In this document: positions 35,445-47,613 of the stretch, one piece after another | Numbering within the stretch: the stretch's first letter is position 1 | Layout: every line of letters begins with the position of its first letter | Source: Tubulanus polymorphus | Lineage: Eukaryota > Animalia > Nemertea | Direction: 5' to 3' | DNA length: 64,000 bases | NCBI RefSeq assembly: GCF_964204645.1 | Contig: NC_134027.1 | Coordinates: 20,422,560-20,486,559, forward strand | Program-made: the position numbers and the translations under genes | Notes under the pieces: model-generated | Seen by the model: only the letters and a program-made list of their open reading frames with translations | Databases searched by the model: none | What the model was told of the DNA's origin: nothing

Positions 35445-37849
35445 ACTGAGTCTTGTATATTTTATGTTTGGATGCATACGGTTGTGTATATTTTTTTTCT
35501 GAAGACTATCAATAAAATGTTGTCCGGCAGTCCCAAGGTTATGGGTTTGGACACAATTAAGAAAGGAAAGAAAATGATCTTCAGGCCCATGTCGAGGTTT
35601 TTAGAGGGGCAGTTCTATTTCAAGAAAAAGGGCACTTTTTATCGTGAAAAGGGGCACTTTCCTATTGAAAATGACACACATCTAAAGATGAAGTGCCTGG
35701 GTACCTGGATAGATCATTTGAGAATGGATTACTTTTCACTTTCCGAGAAAAAAAAACATGAAACTTGTATCCAAATTTCGCAAAATCTTGACCCAAAAGG
35801 GGCGGATCTAGGGCTATCTTGTATTAAGTGCGAAACACATGGTGGGGGATCTGGGGGTCATCTGCCAGAATATTGCAAATCCCATGTGCAATTTCCTGCA
35901 TTTTAGAACTAATTCAAGAGGAAATGAGTAGATTATTGCAACAAAACTCTCAAGCCGTGACACGACAGTATTCGGGAAAATAAGAAATAAACGTTCGGAA
36001 CTTGGAGGGAGGGGCCCTGGTCTCTCGGGTACCACCGTCCCTAGATCCGCCGCTGCTTTGAAAGCTCTTTGTTTCGCGGCAGCTGCTACATGATATACAA
36101 TACAGACTGGTGGTCGCTTAGTAGCAGCAACCTGTCCAAAGAAGTCTTTGGCAATAATATACCATTGAAGGGTTTGTGTGTTGGCGGTAGGGAATCAAAC
36201 CCTTGCTAGGAATGGATGAAGTTCTCTGAATTCAGGCATGAATTACACCACGAACCTTAAGTGTCGATCGTAGAGCGAAAGGTGAAGTCAAAATAAGTCG
36301 ACCTCTTTGGGAACAAAAAAAGGTAACACACGGCCGACTTGTGTCCGACAGACCCATTTCGTAACCTGATGGGCCCTTGGGTAGATAGATACAGATATAA
36401 GAATGATTGATTGTTTAAAGCATCTTCAAAATTTCCCTTGAAAATTTTAAAAAATGTGTAAAAAGTGCTTTTTTCGGCAAGAATCATGGCCGCCAGTCGC
36501 TATTCTGATTATGATCAGGTCAGTTTTAGGTCCTACAGGATCACCGACTGGACATTATTCCTGTTAACACTATTTTGCCCATAATTTGCTCTGATTAGAC
36601 CCCAAACTAATCCCACGACTCAAAAAACCTGTAGGGAAAATACAGCAGAGAGAAAAGAACAGTATTCGAACTCATGCCTGCAAGCACTATGACACTGTTA
36701 GACCACCGAGGCAGCCAAATACAGTTGGAATGTTTCACCTCCGCATAAAAGCCCTAAACCCTATGTATTAAACCCTATGTAGTACCTATGTATTCTAGTT
36801 TACAATTTATATTCATATCAACTATTGCACTATATAATTACCCTCTGGTGTGCTCCTATTTAATCTGTTTTAGCGTGTCATTGTTTCTATGTTTCCAATC
36901 ATATCAACTTCAAAGGGCTTCACGTAACGTGCATAAAACATTACCACGTCCTGCGGTTTTTAGCGATTTTTCGGTAAGCTCTGAAACTTGTACACCGGAG
37001 AACTGTGGTCTACTATGTACGAACTGCAGAACACCGGGACTGTTTTCGCTTTATGATATTTTACTCTATTTCTACAGTGAAAAGATTTTTCACAATAAAA
37101 AAGAGACATTTAATGAACAGAAACAAGGTTGAACCTCCCTTTATTCCACGAATGCTAAACTTGAATTTAGCACATCCACATCTACCGAACAATCAGTCGA
37201 CCTGAAGATCATCTCCAACCAAATTGCAGTAACAACGAACGCATAGATTAAACAAATATGCCGAAATATATTTCCGTAGGACACTAGGGTTTTCCTGTAG
37301 GTTCTCCTTAAGCATTTTTTCGCCCATGAAGTCTTAAAAATGAACCACAAAACAGGCCAATTCTCCGGAAACAGCCGTCGTTTCCTCTTACTCCGAGGCT
37401 TGTAAGCTGAACCTACTGGGGGATCTGACGACGGCAAGTCAACCCGATTTCTGCTTCATTGCAGAACCCTTCCACTGGACCTTATTCCGCCTATTTGTAG
37501 AGCTGCGGTCCGATTCTATACTACCAAAGACCGAAAGAGACTCGGGAGAAGATGAATAATCCTCTCTGGACACATTGTCCTCCGATCCGTAACCAGACGA
37601 ATCAGCGAATCAGTTTCGAATTTATCGTGTTTCTTACATTTCCTTGATTTAGCCCCCGCCGACTGGCTTTAGAATCAGTGTCAGTTACCAATTTTGTCCT
37701 GAAAATGACCTCGACGTTCGCCGCCATGTGCTCGATCTCGTTTCGCATTTTCATGACAACCGGCCGTGCGACTGAGAACAGAATACCGCGACATCGACAT
37801 CACCCTCACGACGTGTCGATGGACGAGCTGACGACGAAGTATTATCTAA

Positions 37850-38115
37850 ACCTGATACAATCCTCGCACAACTTGCTAAACTTGATGTGTTGCAGAAGGA
37901 TATGTGTGATGTCAAACAATCTCTCGAGTAATGCACGAGGACGCCGGGCAGTTAAAACTGGAGAAAGTATGCTTAAGAATAAAGTAAGGGACTTAGAAAA
38001 TTTAGTTGCGGATTAAGAAGCGAATGTGCGATCGGGTTACGAGCTATTGCTAGATCACAGTGGCGGAGCATGAGGGAAAATCTCATATTCTACGGAATCG
38101 AGGAGAGCGAAGGAA
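37850..38115 (+). pseudogene. LINE ORF1-like fragment
   Basis: Coiled-coil-like stretch followed by QWRSMRENLIFYGIEESEG. Confidence 0.45.
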
Positions 38116-38326
38116 AAATCATATACCGTGGGTAAAAATACCAGAGGTAAAAATGTCAGAAGGAAATATACAGATGACTAGACAAACATGTGAATTCATT
38201 TACATTGTACACACTATTCCTACTACCTGATCACGATTGATAGAACACTATATCCGCGTTGATGCGATGTAGAGAGAATCCCACAGTTATAACGAAAAAG
38301 TCCGAAAATGTAACTTCGAGAGTAGT

Positions 38327-38373
38327 TTATTTCAACGTTTCGACTATATCCTAATAGTCATCTTCAGGAATAA
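38327..38373 (-). ncRNA. Minimal type I hammerhead ribozyme (Penelope-type)
   Basis: Minus strand reads ttattc-CTGAAGA-t-gactat(taggat)atagtc-GAAA-cgtt-gaaataa: catalytic core, 6-bp stem II, palindromic stem III (AACGTT) and stem I with one bulge. Confidence 0.7.
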
Positions 38374-39419
38374 TGAGATACTACAAAAGTTATGAGATAT
38401 ATATATATATATATATACAATCCAGAGACAAAGAGACTAATACAAGTAGTCAGAGATGATACAAACTATTGGAAAATTAACGTAGAAACAGTTACACGCT
38501 AAAATAGATTAAAGGGAACCAAAATTATAAACAACAATAGTGAGTATAAATATAAATTGAAACTTAAAATCAGCAAACTAGGGGGCACCTAAAGTAAAAA
38601 AATGGTGAATACAAGTTGAGAGACTAAAATTGATGAGTGACAAATAACAGTGGATCAAAGGGGAAATCAAGTGTTGAGTTAAACCAGTTTCCTACTACCT
38701 GCATACTGAATGCACAGCTTTGATATAACATATTTCTAGATACATGAAATTAAACAATGAATTAGTGATTTATAAGAAAGGTGAGACGTAAGCAGTTACA
38801 GAATGAGTATAGATTAACATTGGAAATGATAGTTTTATTTACGCTAGGAGACATGAAGAAACAACATATCTCGAAATAATTGGACATTAGAAAATTATCG
38901 CACAGTTGATGGCAATTCTTGTTTTTGTTACTATCATTTTGAATACGAATAAACAAATCGTATGACAAAATAAAATGGCTGACACAGTCCCTAGTCAAGG
39001 ATTGAATCAGCTCTCCAAATAACAAGGATTTACTTATTTTCTCCTCATGGATCTATACACAAACTATATGGTTAGAGTGATGAAATGACAATGATTTAAG
39101 TTCTAAGGTGTCGATTTGGAGAATAATTGCTAAAAGCCGTAGATAGTAACTTTTTGGAAACTTTCAGAAACCATATTTTGTCATTGTCGCTGACATAAGT
39201 GGAACGTGACCTTGCACTGAGGTAGTGAGTTACACTCACCTACTCAGCTATGGTTGTTGTGTCAGTTTGGAGGATAATTTCAGTTCAATATGTCAGTATT
39301 CACACTGGTCACGTGTGATCAGCGTAGCGATCAGTATTGGTTTGGATTCCTCACGTTTTGATTGGTGTCTAGTGGCCGGATTTTCGCTAGACTTTTTCTG
39401 AGATTGGCGTTTTAATTTT

Positions 39420-39720
39420 CAGTCCAGTATTGTTAAAGGACTATAAAGATAATAGAAGGCCGGTATTGTAGAAGAAGGACTAAAACGATGACAAGAGTCC
39501 GGTATTGTAGGAGAAGGACTATAAAGATGATTGGAGTCTGGTATTGTGGAAGAAAGACTATAAAAATGATTTGTGTCCGATATTTTAGAAGGATTATGGT
39601 AATCCAGTATTGTTGTGGAGGGGTTGAAAACTCGAAAAAGGTCTAGGGTATTGTTGATTTGGGACCAAGATGATTTAGGCCAGTAGGGATTTGACTGTTT
39701 AGGGCCCAGCATTGTAGAAA
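39420..39720. repeat. Degenerate 39-bp tandem repeat
   Basis: ccggtattgt.gaagaaggactataaagatga recurs at ~39420, 39459, 39498, 39537 and 39576. Confidence 0.7.
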
Positions 39721-42700
39721 GAGGACTGGTTAAGGGCTATTTACGAGGGCGGTGGTCAGGAGAGAGTTTGGTTCAGAAGGAGTTATGCTTGTGTCAAAGA
39801 ACGATGATTATTATAAAGAACATTTATTTCGGTTTCGGTTACGTCTTTCAGGGTTCATAATAGTAAATCCCTTTCACGGATTACGAGTGCGTGTGTACCG
39901 TGTGTGACCGGTAACTGTTTCGTATGTTTGAATCGGCGCGTTGCTTACCTTTCACAGTTTTCTATGCCTCAATTGTTGGAGAGTTTCTGGTGGGGATAAA
40001 TCTTTAGCTTTGGCTCGCGCATTTTTGCTGTAGACCAGGATAGACCTTTATGCAGTATGGAGAAAATAGTTCTCAAGAAGAGAGACTTTAATTTAAGGTG
40101 GACTTGGCGTGGCTGCTTAAACTGAAATCGATCGACAAGATGCCTCCTTTGGTTTTCGCTAGGTTTGAGGCGTTAAAACCTTTGGAAACAGCACCGTTAC
40201 AGTATGTCAAGGATAATTTATTCTCGTTGTTTGGCGAGTCATTGTCATCTGTTATGTTTAGGTTGATGTGGAAAGGCTGGTTGCCTTGGTACGTGGGTTG
40301 GCAGAACTCCCCGCCATTTGCCTTCACAACTTCAAGGGGCTGATTTTGATATTGATTTGGTTTATTCGGAATTTTATCACTCCCCCTGCTCGGAGTGTTT
40401 GGCATTTGTTGTTCATTTCGTTGAGCCAGGTGGATCTCTCTGTTTGCAGGTCAAAGCGTTGATGGGGTCTTAAATTTGCTGGGCTGGAATGGTAGGGGTG
40501 ACCTTCGGCTTCTCGGCCATCTTACAATCTTAAAGCCAAACAGCGACGCGGCTCACGAACCCCAGCCCACCAACCCCCTCCCCCCATACCCAGGAAGAAC
40601 GCTGATTCTCAGAATCAAGACTCTACGGGTCTTGGAGATCCTACAAAAACCAAAACCCCGGAAGGATGCGAAGGAACTGAGGAACCTGGTGCGATAGGTT
40701 CTTTTTCTGGTTTACGTTTTACTTAGTCTCTTGCCACATGTCCACTTAGATCTGTTGTCCCGGCTCTCGCCGCACTGGCATGGGGGCTAGGCTGCCTTGG
40801 TAATACATGTATCCATTTTCGAATTTCCCGAAAGTCGAATTTCATTCAAAGGTCGAATTTTAGTTCCGATTTTAACTGTGGCAGTTTCCGGTGGTTAAGA
40901 TTTGGCTTAACCGGTTTATGCCTAGCCCCTATGCCCAGGTTTTTAGAGTTCCCTATTTTCAGTTTGATTTTATCTTTGCAGTTGGAAAAGCGTCTCGAAC
41001 GATTGGAAAGGAAACTCGAGAACCCAGCGAAGTCGGTAGATAATGCTTCGATGCAGGTGAGGGCTGCTATTTCAGGACCAGGGGCATATTTTGACCCTTT
41101 CTATTCGTTAAGATGATTGGAAGGCCTGGTCGAATGTGACTGTATAAAAGCATACAAAAAGGCATACTTCGAATGGGTCTTGAAGTGTATCAAAAGAAAC
41201 CTGGAGCACCATTATCTTCCAGCGCTCAACAGGAGGCTTATCGGGTCGCCGGAAGAAGAGAAGGTGACGGCAGTGGAGGAGAAATGGGCAAAAATGTCTC
41301 GCACAGAATTGCCCCTTCCAGCCTTTAGATACCAGGTAGGGAGAGGGAATTATACTCGGCGTAGAGATCGAGGCTCGGTTAGGAGAACTCATAATGCCGA
41401 CACCGCGTTTGTAAGAAAGAAGGGCATTTCATGCGCGATTGCCCGGACCTCCCGACTACGAGTAAGGAGGGCGTAAAAATAGAGTGAAATCTTGCACTCC
41501 TTTGTCTTCTGTTGTCTTCTAGGAACCTAGATATTTCATGGACTCGGACGGAGACATTTGGCTCGATGCTGGTTTTGCCCTATTGCCTTTAGAACCGGGA
41601 GCTGAATCGGGAACCAGTAGCCGGCTACCGGTTCGGCTCCCGATTCAAAATGTTTTTGAATCGGAAGCCGAATCGGGAACCGGGAACCGGTAGCCAGCTT
41701 CACAGGGGTCCTTTATAACTGGTCAATTTGCACGTGAAATTATTGTGGACGTTATTGTTTTGAATAAAGACTATGATCGGTTTCGTTTACTCTTTATTTT
41801 GGTTTTTTAGGAAGGATCCACGCAGCTCGAAGAAATCGCTGTGCATGGAAGTGCGTCCGCGGAGCAGGTTTCCGCAACACCCTCGATTTTCCAGGTAATC
41901 ACCCTTAATGAGGCAAGAATGAGGGATCCAAATGAATTTAAGGCGGGTGAACTAAGCAGACATCTTGATCAATGGCGTTTCATCTTGGGAAAGAGCGATG
42001 ACCATGTGTGAAAAGATCTTCTCGTGGTTAAAGGATGGCGTCCATATTCCTGATTTCTTCAGGCGGTTTAAGGGGAGGAAAAACCTATGATAACGACTGT
42101 ACACCTGAGGCAATTTTTCCCAACGCTGCGTCTTGCGCAACTTTTGGTGATTTTGTTTTATTGGACGATCGTCGAAAGGGTTCGCAATGGTTCTGTTCGT
42201 TGGTGGGGGGAAGAAGGGGAAGTTGACCCCCTCACTTGGTTATGCCGATCATTGGTTCCCTGAGTGGCACTCTCAGGTGTCCATATTCTCGGGCGGGTCG
42301 GGCTTTAGGTGGGGTGGTAAATTGATGCGCGGAGTTGTTGTGGAAGAGGTTTCGGACTACTGGCTATCAGAGGTTTATACCAAAGGACATTGTAGTCAAG
42401 GAAACTCTCGCTTTGGATAATACGCTCTGCGTGTTAGGTGACGTGGTCAAAGATAGTAGGGTCGATGCCCATGTAGATAACTAGGCACTTGTTGCCGCCT
42501 GGTATAGCCAGGGCTCCAGGTCTCACGATTTTTCTGATGCCCTTAAGCAGTTATTCGTGACTACTTGTAGACTAAACATCTGCCTAAAATTGTTTTACGT
42601 TCGGTCGGGCCACAACCCGGCGGATGCCCCATCGCGAATTACGGAAGGATCAGACGCCATGTTGTCTCCTAAGTCCAGGGAGTTCGTTCAGAAACGGGGG

Positions 42701-44396
42701 ATTTCTGGATATTCTGTTGATTTCATGGCCTTAGATTCGAATGCAATGTGTGGATTTGGGTGTGAAAGACTCCGCCGTTTTACCCCCTCTCTGTCTGTTG
42801 CTTCTGATGGGGTCGACCATTTTGCACCGGATATTAGCAAAGAGGACAATCCTTCTTACATCTTCCCTCCGTTCTGTATGATTTCGGCCGTTTTACAGTT
42901 TTTGATGTTATTTCGTAAGCCGGTGACTATGGTCTTCCCGCACATCTTTCCTCGGCCAATTTGGTGGCCACTTTTAGATGCAGTGACGTTTGAGAGGGAT
43001 TTACTCGGGGGTAGGGGAGAAAAGGGTGTGATTTTGATGCCGTCTAAGTAGGGTTTTACCCCAGATAATACGGGGTTGAGGTATGATTTGTATGTATACA
43101 GGTTCCATTTCGGTGGCTAATTACACCTTTTGTTTCATTTGAATGCCAATAAACTGCTGTACTTGATACGTCACGTCTTGCGTTTTATGATTTCAGGAAG
43201 TCCCAGTTCTTTGCATAGAATGTCGAGTTTTCGTCCTTGCTGATGACAATTTCTGTGGCAACTGCGGAACAGATCGAAAACAGCTTCGACTTGATTTCTA
43301 AAACACTGATTTCGATTCAACCGTGGCCGCGTCGGTGGAAGACTCGGATAAAAGACTGGCATATATGGAAACTTTCGAAAAAAAGTTTAGCTTACAGGAA
43401 AAATAAAACAGCTTTATGTCGGGATTTCAAAACCTTTCTGAACTCCCTGAATCCCCGGAGGACCACGTTTTCGTCCACTTTTCGTCAATTTCTTGCCTTT
43501 AGGGATCGCAGAGGGAGGACGAAGGTTCATAATTTGACTTGTGGCGTGAGAAATATCCTTGGGATGGGCTGTTTGTGCCCAACTATACTCGCGACTGGAA
43601 CCGTCGACTCATACATAGGCCATTTTAGGGCACATTTCAATTCGATCGGGAGAACTGGGGTATGAGTAATAGGGAATATGGGGGTTCATACCAAAGGTCG
43701 AACGGTCGAGCACACTCTCCCCTTCAACCTTTGATATGAAACAACTTATTCATATAAATGAACATTATTTACATGAATTTCATATATTTTAAAATCATTT
43801 ATATGTTAATTACACAAGTGTGAGTAAAGTGTGAGTAATAATTCACGTATTAATACGTATTGAATACATTGATACGTATTGAATACGTATCAAATACATT
43901 GATACCTAAAACCCCCTTTTTGATTAACTAATATTTCATACATTTCAGCTAATGTAACGTATATTTCGTGATTTATCATTTAGTTTATGAATGTACAATG
44001 TACACAATTCAATACTTAAACAGTTTAACAATCTAATGGATTCATTGTAATCCTCTTTTAATAATGATGAACATAAATATATAATTGAATATGATTTATA
44101 CTTTTCCAAATATTTATAATAAATCTGTGAGGTAAATAAATATTGAAACGGAAATATATATGATAAAACTATTTATGATATTTGTACTAGACGTACGAGT
44201 AAGAATCCAAGAATCCAAGAAATCTTACTTTCTTGGCAAGAATCTTGGTTTCTTACTCGTACGTTTAGTACATACATACATAAATTAGTTTCATAATAAT
44301 TATGAATATGAATTATCAATCAAAGTATAGAAATTTAAGTGAAAACATATAATTTATTCATTTTTATATATTTCAGCCAATTTAACAGTCTATTGC

Positions 44397-44702
44397 TTAA
44401 TTTGAATTATACAGTTTATTATTTAGCTCATGAATATACGTGTGATTCCTTAATGATTTTTCATTTTTATGCTTTTTATTGCATATTTTACAGCATTTAA
44501 TATTATTCAATCTATCTGAAATATAATTTATATTTTCTTTTAATTCTGTATATCTAATTTTACAGCTATCATAGAATTCTAACAACTGTTTTATAATATA
44601 AACTGAGAATGAATATAAACCTGAAATCATAATAATTGATTTAATATTCTGTTGATTTTTATATATTAGATGTAATATTTCTAATACCTTATTTTCACTC
44701 AT
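44397..44702 (-). CDS. Small protein with a hydrophobic segment and a C2H2 zinc finger
   Basis: CKICNKKHKNEKSLRNHTYIH; tataaaaATG start. Confidence 0.55.
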   Translation of the reverse strand: MSENKVLEILHLIYKNQQNIKSIIMISGLYSFSVYIIKQLLEFYDSCKIRYTELKENINYISDRLNNIKCCKICNKKHKNEKSLRNHTYIHELNNKLYNSN

Positions 44703-44749
44703 TTTTATAGTTAAAATATATAGAATAAATTAAATCAAAAGATGCTGTT

Positions 44750-44971
44750 TTAATCCACAATATCATTTAAATCATTAACTTTTTTATTCTTTTTATTTCT
44801 GTGATTGTTTCCATTTACCTTCTTTAATTTCTTGCTCAATTTTATATTTCCATTAATCAAATCCTTACTGATATTTTCATAGTAAAAGAAAAGCGCAGCT
44901 AAAATTAATCCTCCTGCTACTAAATAATGCTTCAAATCACTTTTCCCAGTTGGAATGCTGAAATCATCCAT
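44750..44971 (-). CDS. Small single-TM basic protein
   Basis: YLVAGGLILAALFFYY; aatttttttcttaaataaATG start motif shared with the large element. Confidence 0.6.
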   Translation of the reverse strand: MDDFSIPTGKSDLKHYLVAGGLILAALFFYYENISKDLINGNIKLSKKLKKVNGNNHRNKKNKKVNDLNDIVD

Positions 44972-45138
44972 TTATTTAAGAAAAAAATTAATAAATTGAT
45001 AAATATTTAATATTTTAGAAATATTTAACTTTCATATGTTTCAAATCAAATAACAATTAAACTTACTTCCTAACAGTTATTCATTAACTAATTTTTCAAT
45101 GCTTTAACTACTATATATTTGAAACATACAGCTTAATC

Positions 45139-45805
45139 TTATTTCAATATAGAATTATTATTCATTTCATATTCGATATGTTTGATTGTCTGATAATGTT
45201 TTGATTTATGTGATTTTAAATATTTGCCACCACAATAACAATACACTTTTTCATTAGGATTGAATTTTCTAAATTCATCATCTAAATTACATTGAACTGC
45301 AACATCTTTGAATGATTGTTCATTATCTAATTCACATTGAATACCAATATTTGATGAATTTTCATTATAGATGATTTGTTTATTATCAAAAATAAAAATT
45401 GAAATTGAAATAATATAATTGTCTTTTTTCAATTCTTAAGTTAATCAAATCATTATAATCTTTAGAAAGTATTATATCACTTTTTCTTTCATTGAAAGGA
45501 GTTTTAAGAATATTAATTATGTTTTCATCTAAAGTTCCTTTAAAATTTAAAACTGTATTGAACATTTTAGGATTTTTAACACCATTATCAAAAGTATCAA
45601 TTAGTTCAGTAATTAAATATGTTTCATTTGATGATATTTGATTAATCATAGTAATGTTATCAATTTTATAATACCTTGCGGACACTAAATTTGTTGCTGA
45701 GATATGATTTTTAATGTTAAACTCTGAAAATAATTTATTGGTTTCTTTTATTTCGATTTTGAATTTAGGTTCTTCTTCTTCTGTCTTCATTTTTATAACA
45801 AACAA
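45139..45805 (-). pseudogene. Frameshifted protein with repeated IGIQCELD/VAVQCNLD motifs and a C-terminal CxCG..H..H zinc finger
   Basis: Overlapping ORFs 45386-45805 and 45139-45432; CYCGGKY..HKSKHYQTIKH. Confidence 0.5.
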
Positions 45806-46369
45806 TTCATTAAAACTCGTTTCAAATATAAATATTCAATGTTGAAATATGAATTATTTCAATCACACTTTACTCACACTTTTAATGTTTGAAAATCTAA
45901 CTCATACAAATATAAATATTGAAATATGTTTAAAATATAAACTATTTCACTCACACTTTACTCACACTTTTATATTCTTTTAGTTATTCATTTATTTTAC
46001 TTATATTTTTATTCGAAATCTGTTAAAATATGAATTATTACTCACACTTTTGTAATTAACATATAAATGATTTTAAGATATATGAAATTCATGTAAATAA
46101 TGTTCATTTATATGAAATTATTGGGAGTAATAGGGAATATGGGGGTTCATATCAAAGGTTGAAGGGGAGAGTGTGCTCGACTGTTCGACCTTTGGTATGA
46201 ACCCCCATATTCCCTATAACTGGTATGGAATCTACGGTTATTCTTTGGGAATCCAGCTATATCCGAAAAGGTCAGGGGGTATCTTAGAGTAAGTAAAAAG
46301 GAGTTTATATTTTATATAAATTGACATTTTTTTTTCTATTTAAATTTCTTAAATTTATATTCAGATCTA

Positions 46370-47460
46370 TTACTCATTAAAGTTAAAGAATCTGGATATG
46401 GCTGCCATATTGATAGTGTATTCTGTGGTGCCATTGCTTACGCTGATGATGTCATACTTTTAGCCCCAAGTCGCTTTGCTGTTCAGCACATGCTTCATAT
46501 CTGTGAGCAGTTCTCTATAGACTATAAACTAGCATTTAATGTAAATAAAACAGTACTTTTATTTTTCCATGAACATAATCGGCATCTGTATCATAATAAT
46601 GTTCTTCAATTTTCAGACAATGCTGAATATCTGGGGACGTATGTGGGAAACAATTCACTGACGAACTCTATAGCTGATAGTGTTAATGATTTTCTAACGC
46701 GTGTTGATCGAGTTTCCTATGATTTTTCTATGTTTAACTTTGATATGAGATATCAATTGCTAAAAACATATTGTATGTCCTTGTATGGTTGTACTTTGTG
46801 GGATTACTCTACCATAATATCAGCTGTATATTTACAGCATGGCGTAAAGCCGTTAGAAAATTACCTAAACTACCTTATCGGACACATTCGAATCTTTTGA
46901 ACTTGATTTGCAAAATTTTAATGAAGGTAACGAAGTATTCTCATAATTCATCGGTGTTAGCAGAGGTAAAGCGTAGAATGATTAATTGTTGGTGTAAAAC
47001 AGTATCTGGCAAACAATCTAAACTTAATGCAATCCTCTTTCAAATTTCCCGAAATTTGTATCTAAATGACTAGATATACTAGCCCTGGTTTTCCAGTATT
47101 AAACAAACCTTTGATGACTGCGATCTGTCCTATATAGAATCAACAATTTATGTAAAGTTCTAGGGCGTTCTCCAAATATCTAAGACAACTGCGTGACCAG
47201 TATGCACAGAGACGATTTACAAAATCATTAAATCTATTATATATTAATTTCAGGGAATACAAAAACAATATTAAATTTGAGAATATTAATCAACTAGATG
47301 ATAATTCTGTGGATAGCATTTTTCAGTTTAGAATAGGGTCTCACCTATTACCTGTGCATTCTACCTAATGAATGTGCCCTATCTTCCAAAGTGGGATCAA
47401 TCACATTTTCTCTTTGATTGTACCCTTCTTACCGAACTCATGCTTTCCGTGAAATAAATT
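46370..47460 (+). mobile_element. Decayed LINE RT/ORF2 fragments
   Basis: SGYGCHIDSVFCGAIAYADDVILLAPS, YLG, YCMSLYGCTLW and FRIGSHLLPV motifs. Confidence 0.8.
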
Positions 47461-47613
47461 TGAACTTGATCATGAACTTTATCGACGAAAACCGAAGCAA
47501 TCGAACCCGCTGGAAAATGGGTGGTGATCCGGGAGGTGGTGCCACCGAGACGTAGTACTGTAAACTAGAATCAGGAAATGGATTATTAGCGCTTATCACT
47601 GAGTGGGGTCTGT

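Larger units (their letters stand above)
43665..46221. mobile_element. 2.56-kb non-autonomous Polinton/Maverick-like element with ~180-bp TIRs and 6-bp TSD
   Basis: Termini AGTAATAGGGAATATGGGGGTTCAT...ATGAACCCCCATATTCCCTATAACT. TSD ggtatg at 43659-43664 and 46222-46227. Removing the element rejoins the YR coding frame. Confidence 0.88.
40090..46290 (+). mobile_element. Decayed DIRS/Ngaro-type tyrosine-recombinase retrotransposon
   Basis: Gag with CCHC knuckle (VCKKEGHFMRDCP, ~41410); RT N-terminus (RDPNEFKAGEL..W); RNase H (KETLAL..DAHVDN..NPADAPSR); MTase-like domain (VDFMALDSN..YIFPPF..WWP); start of YR ORF (GTVDSYIGHFRAHF..GRTG|VWN..GNPA). Most of RT is deleted. Confidence 0.8.
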
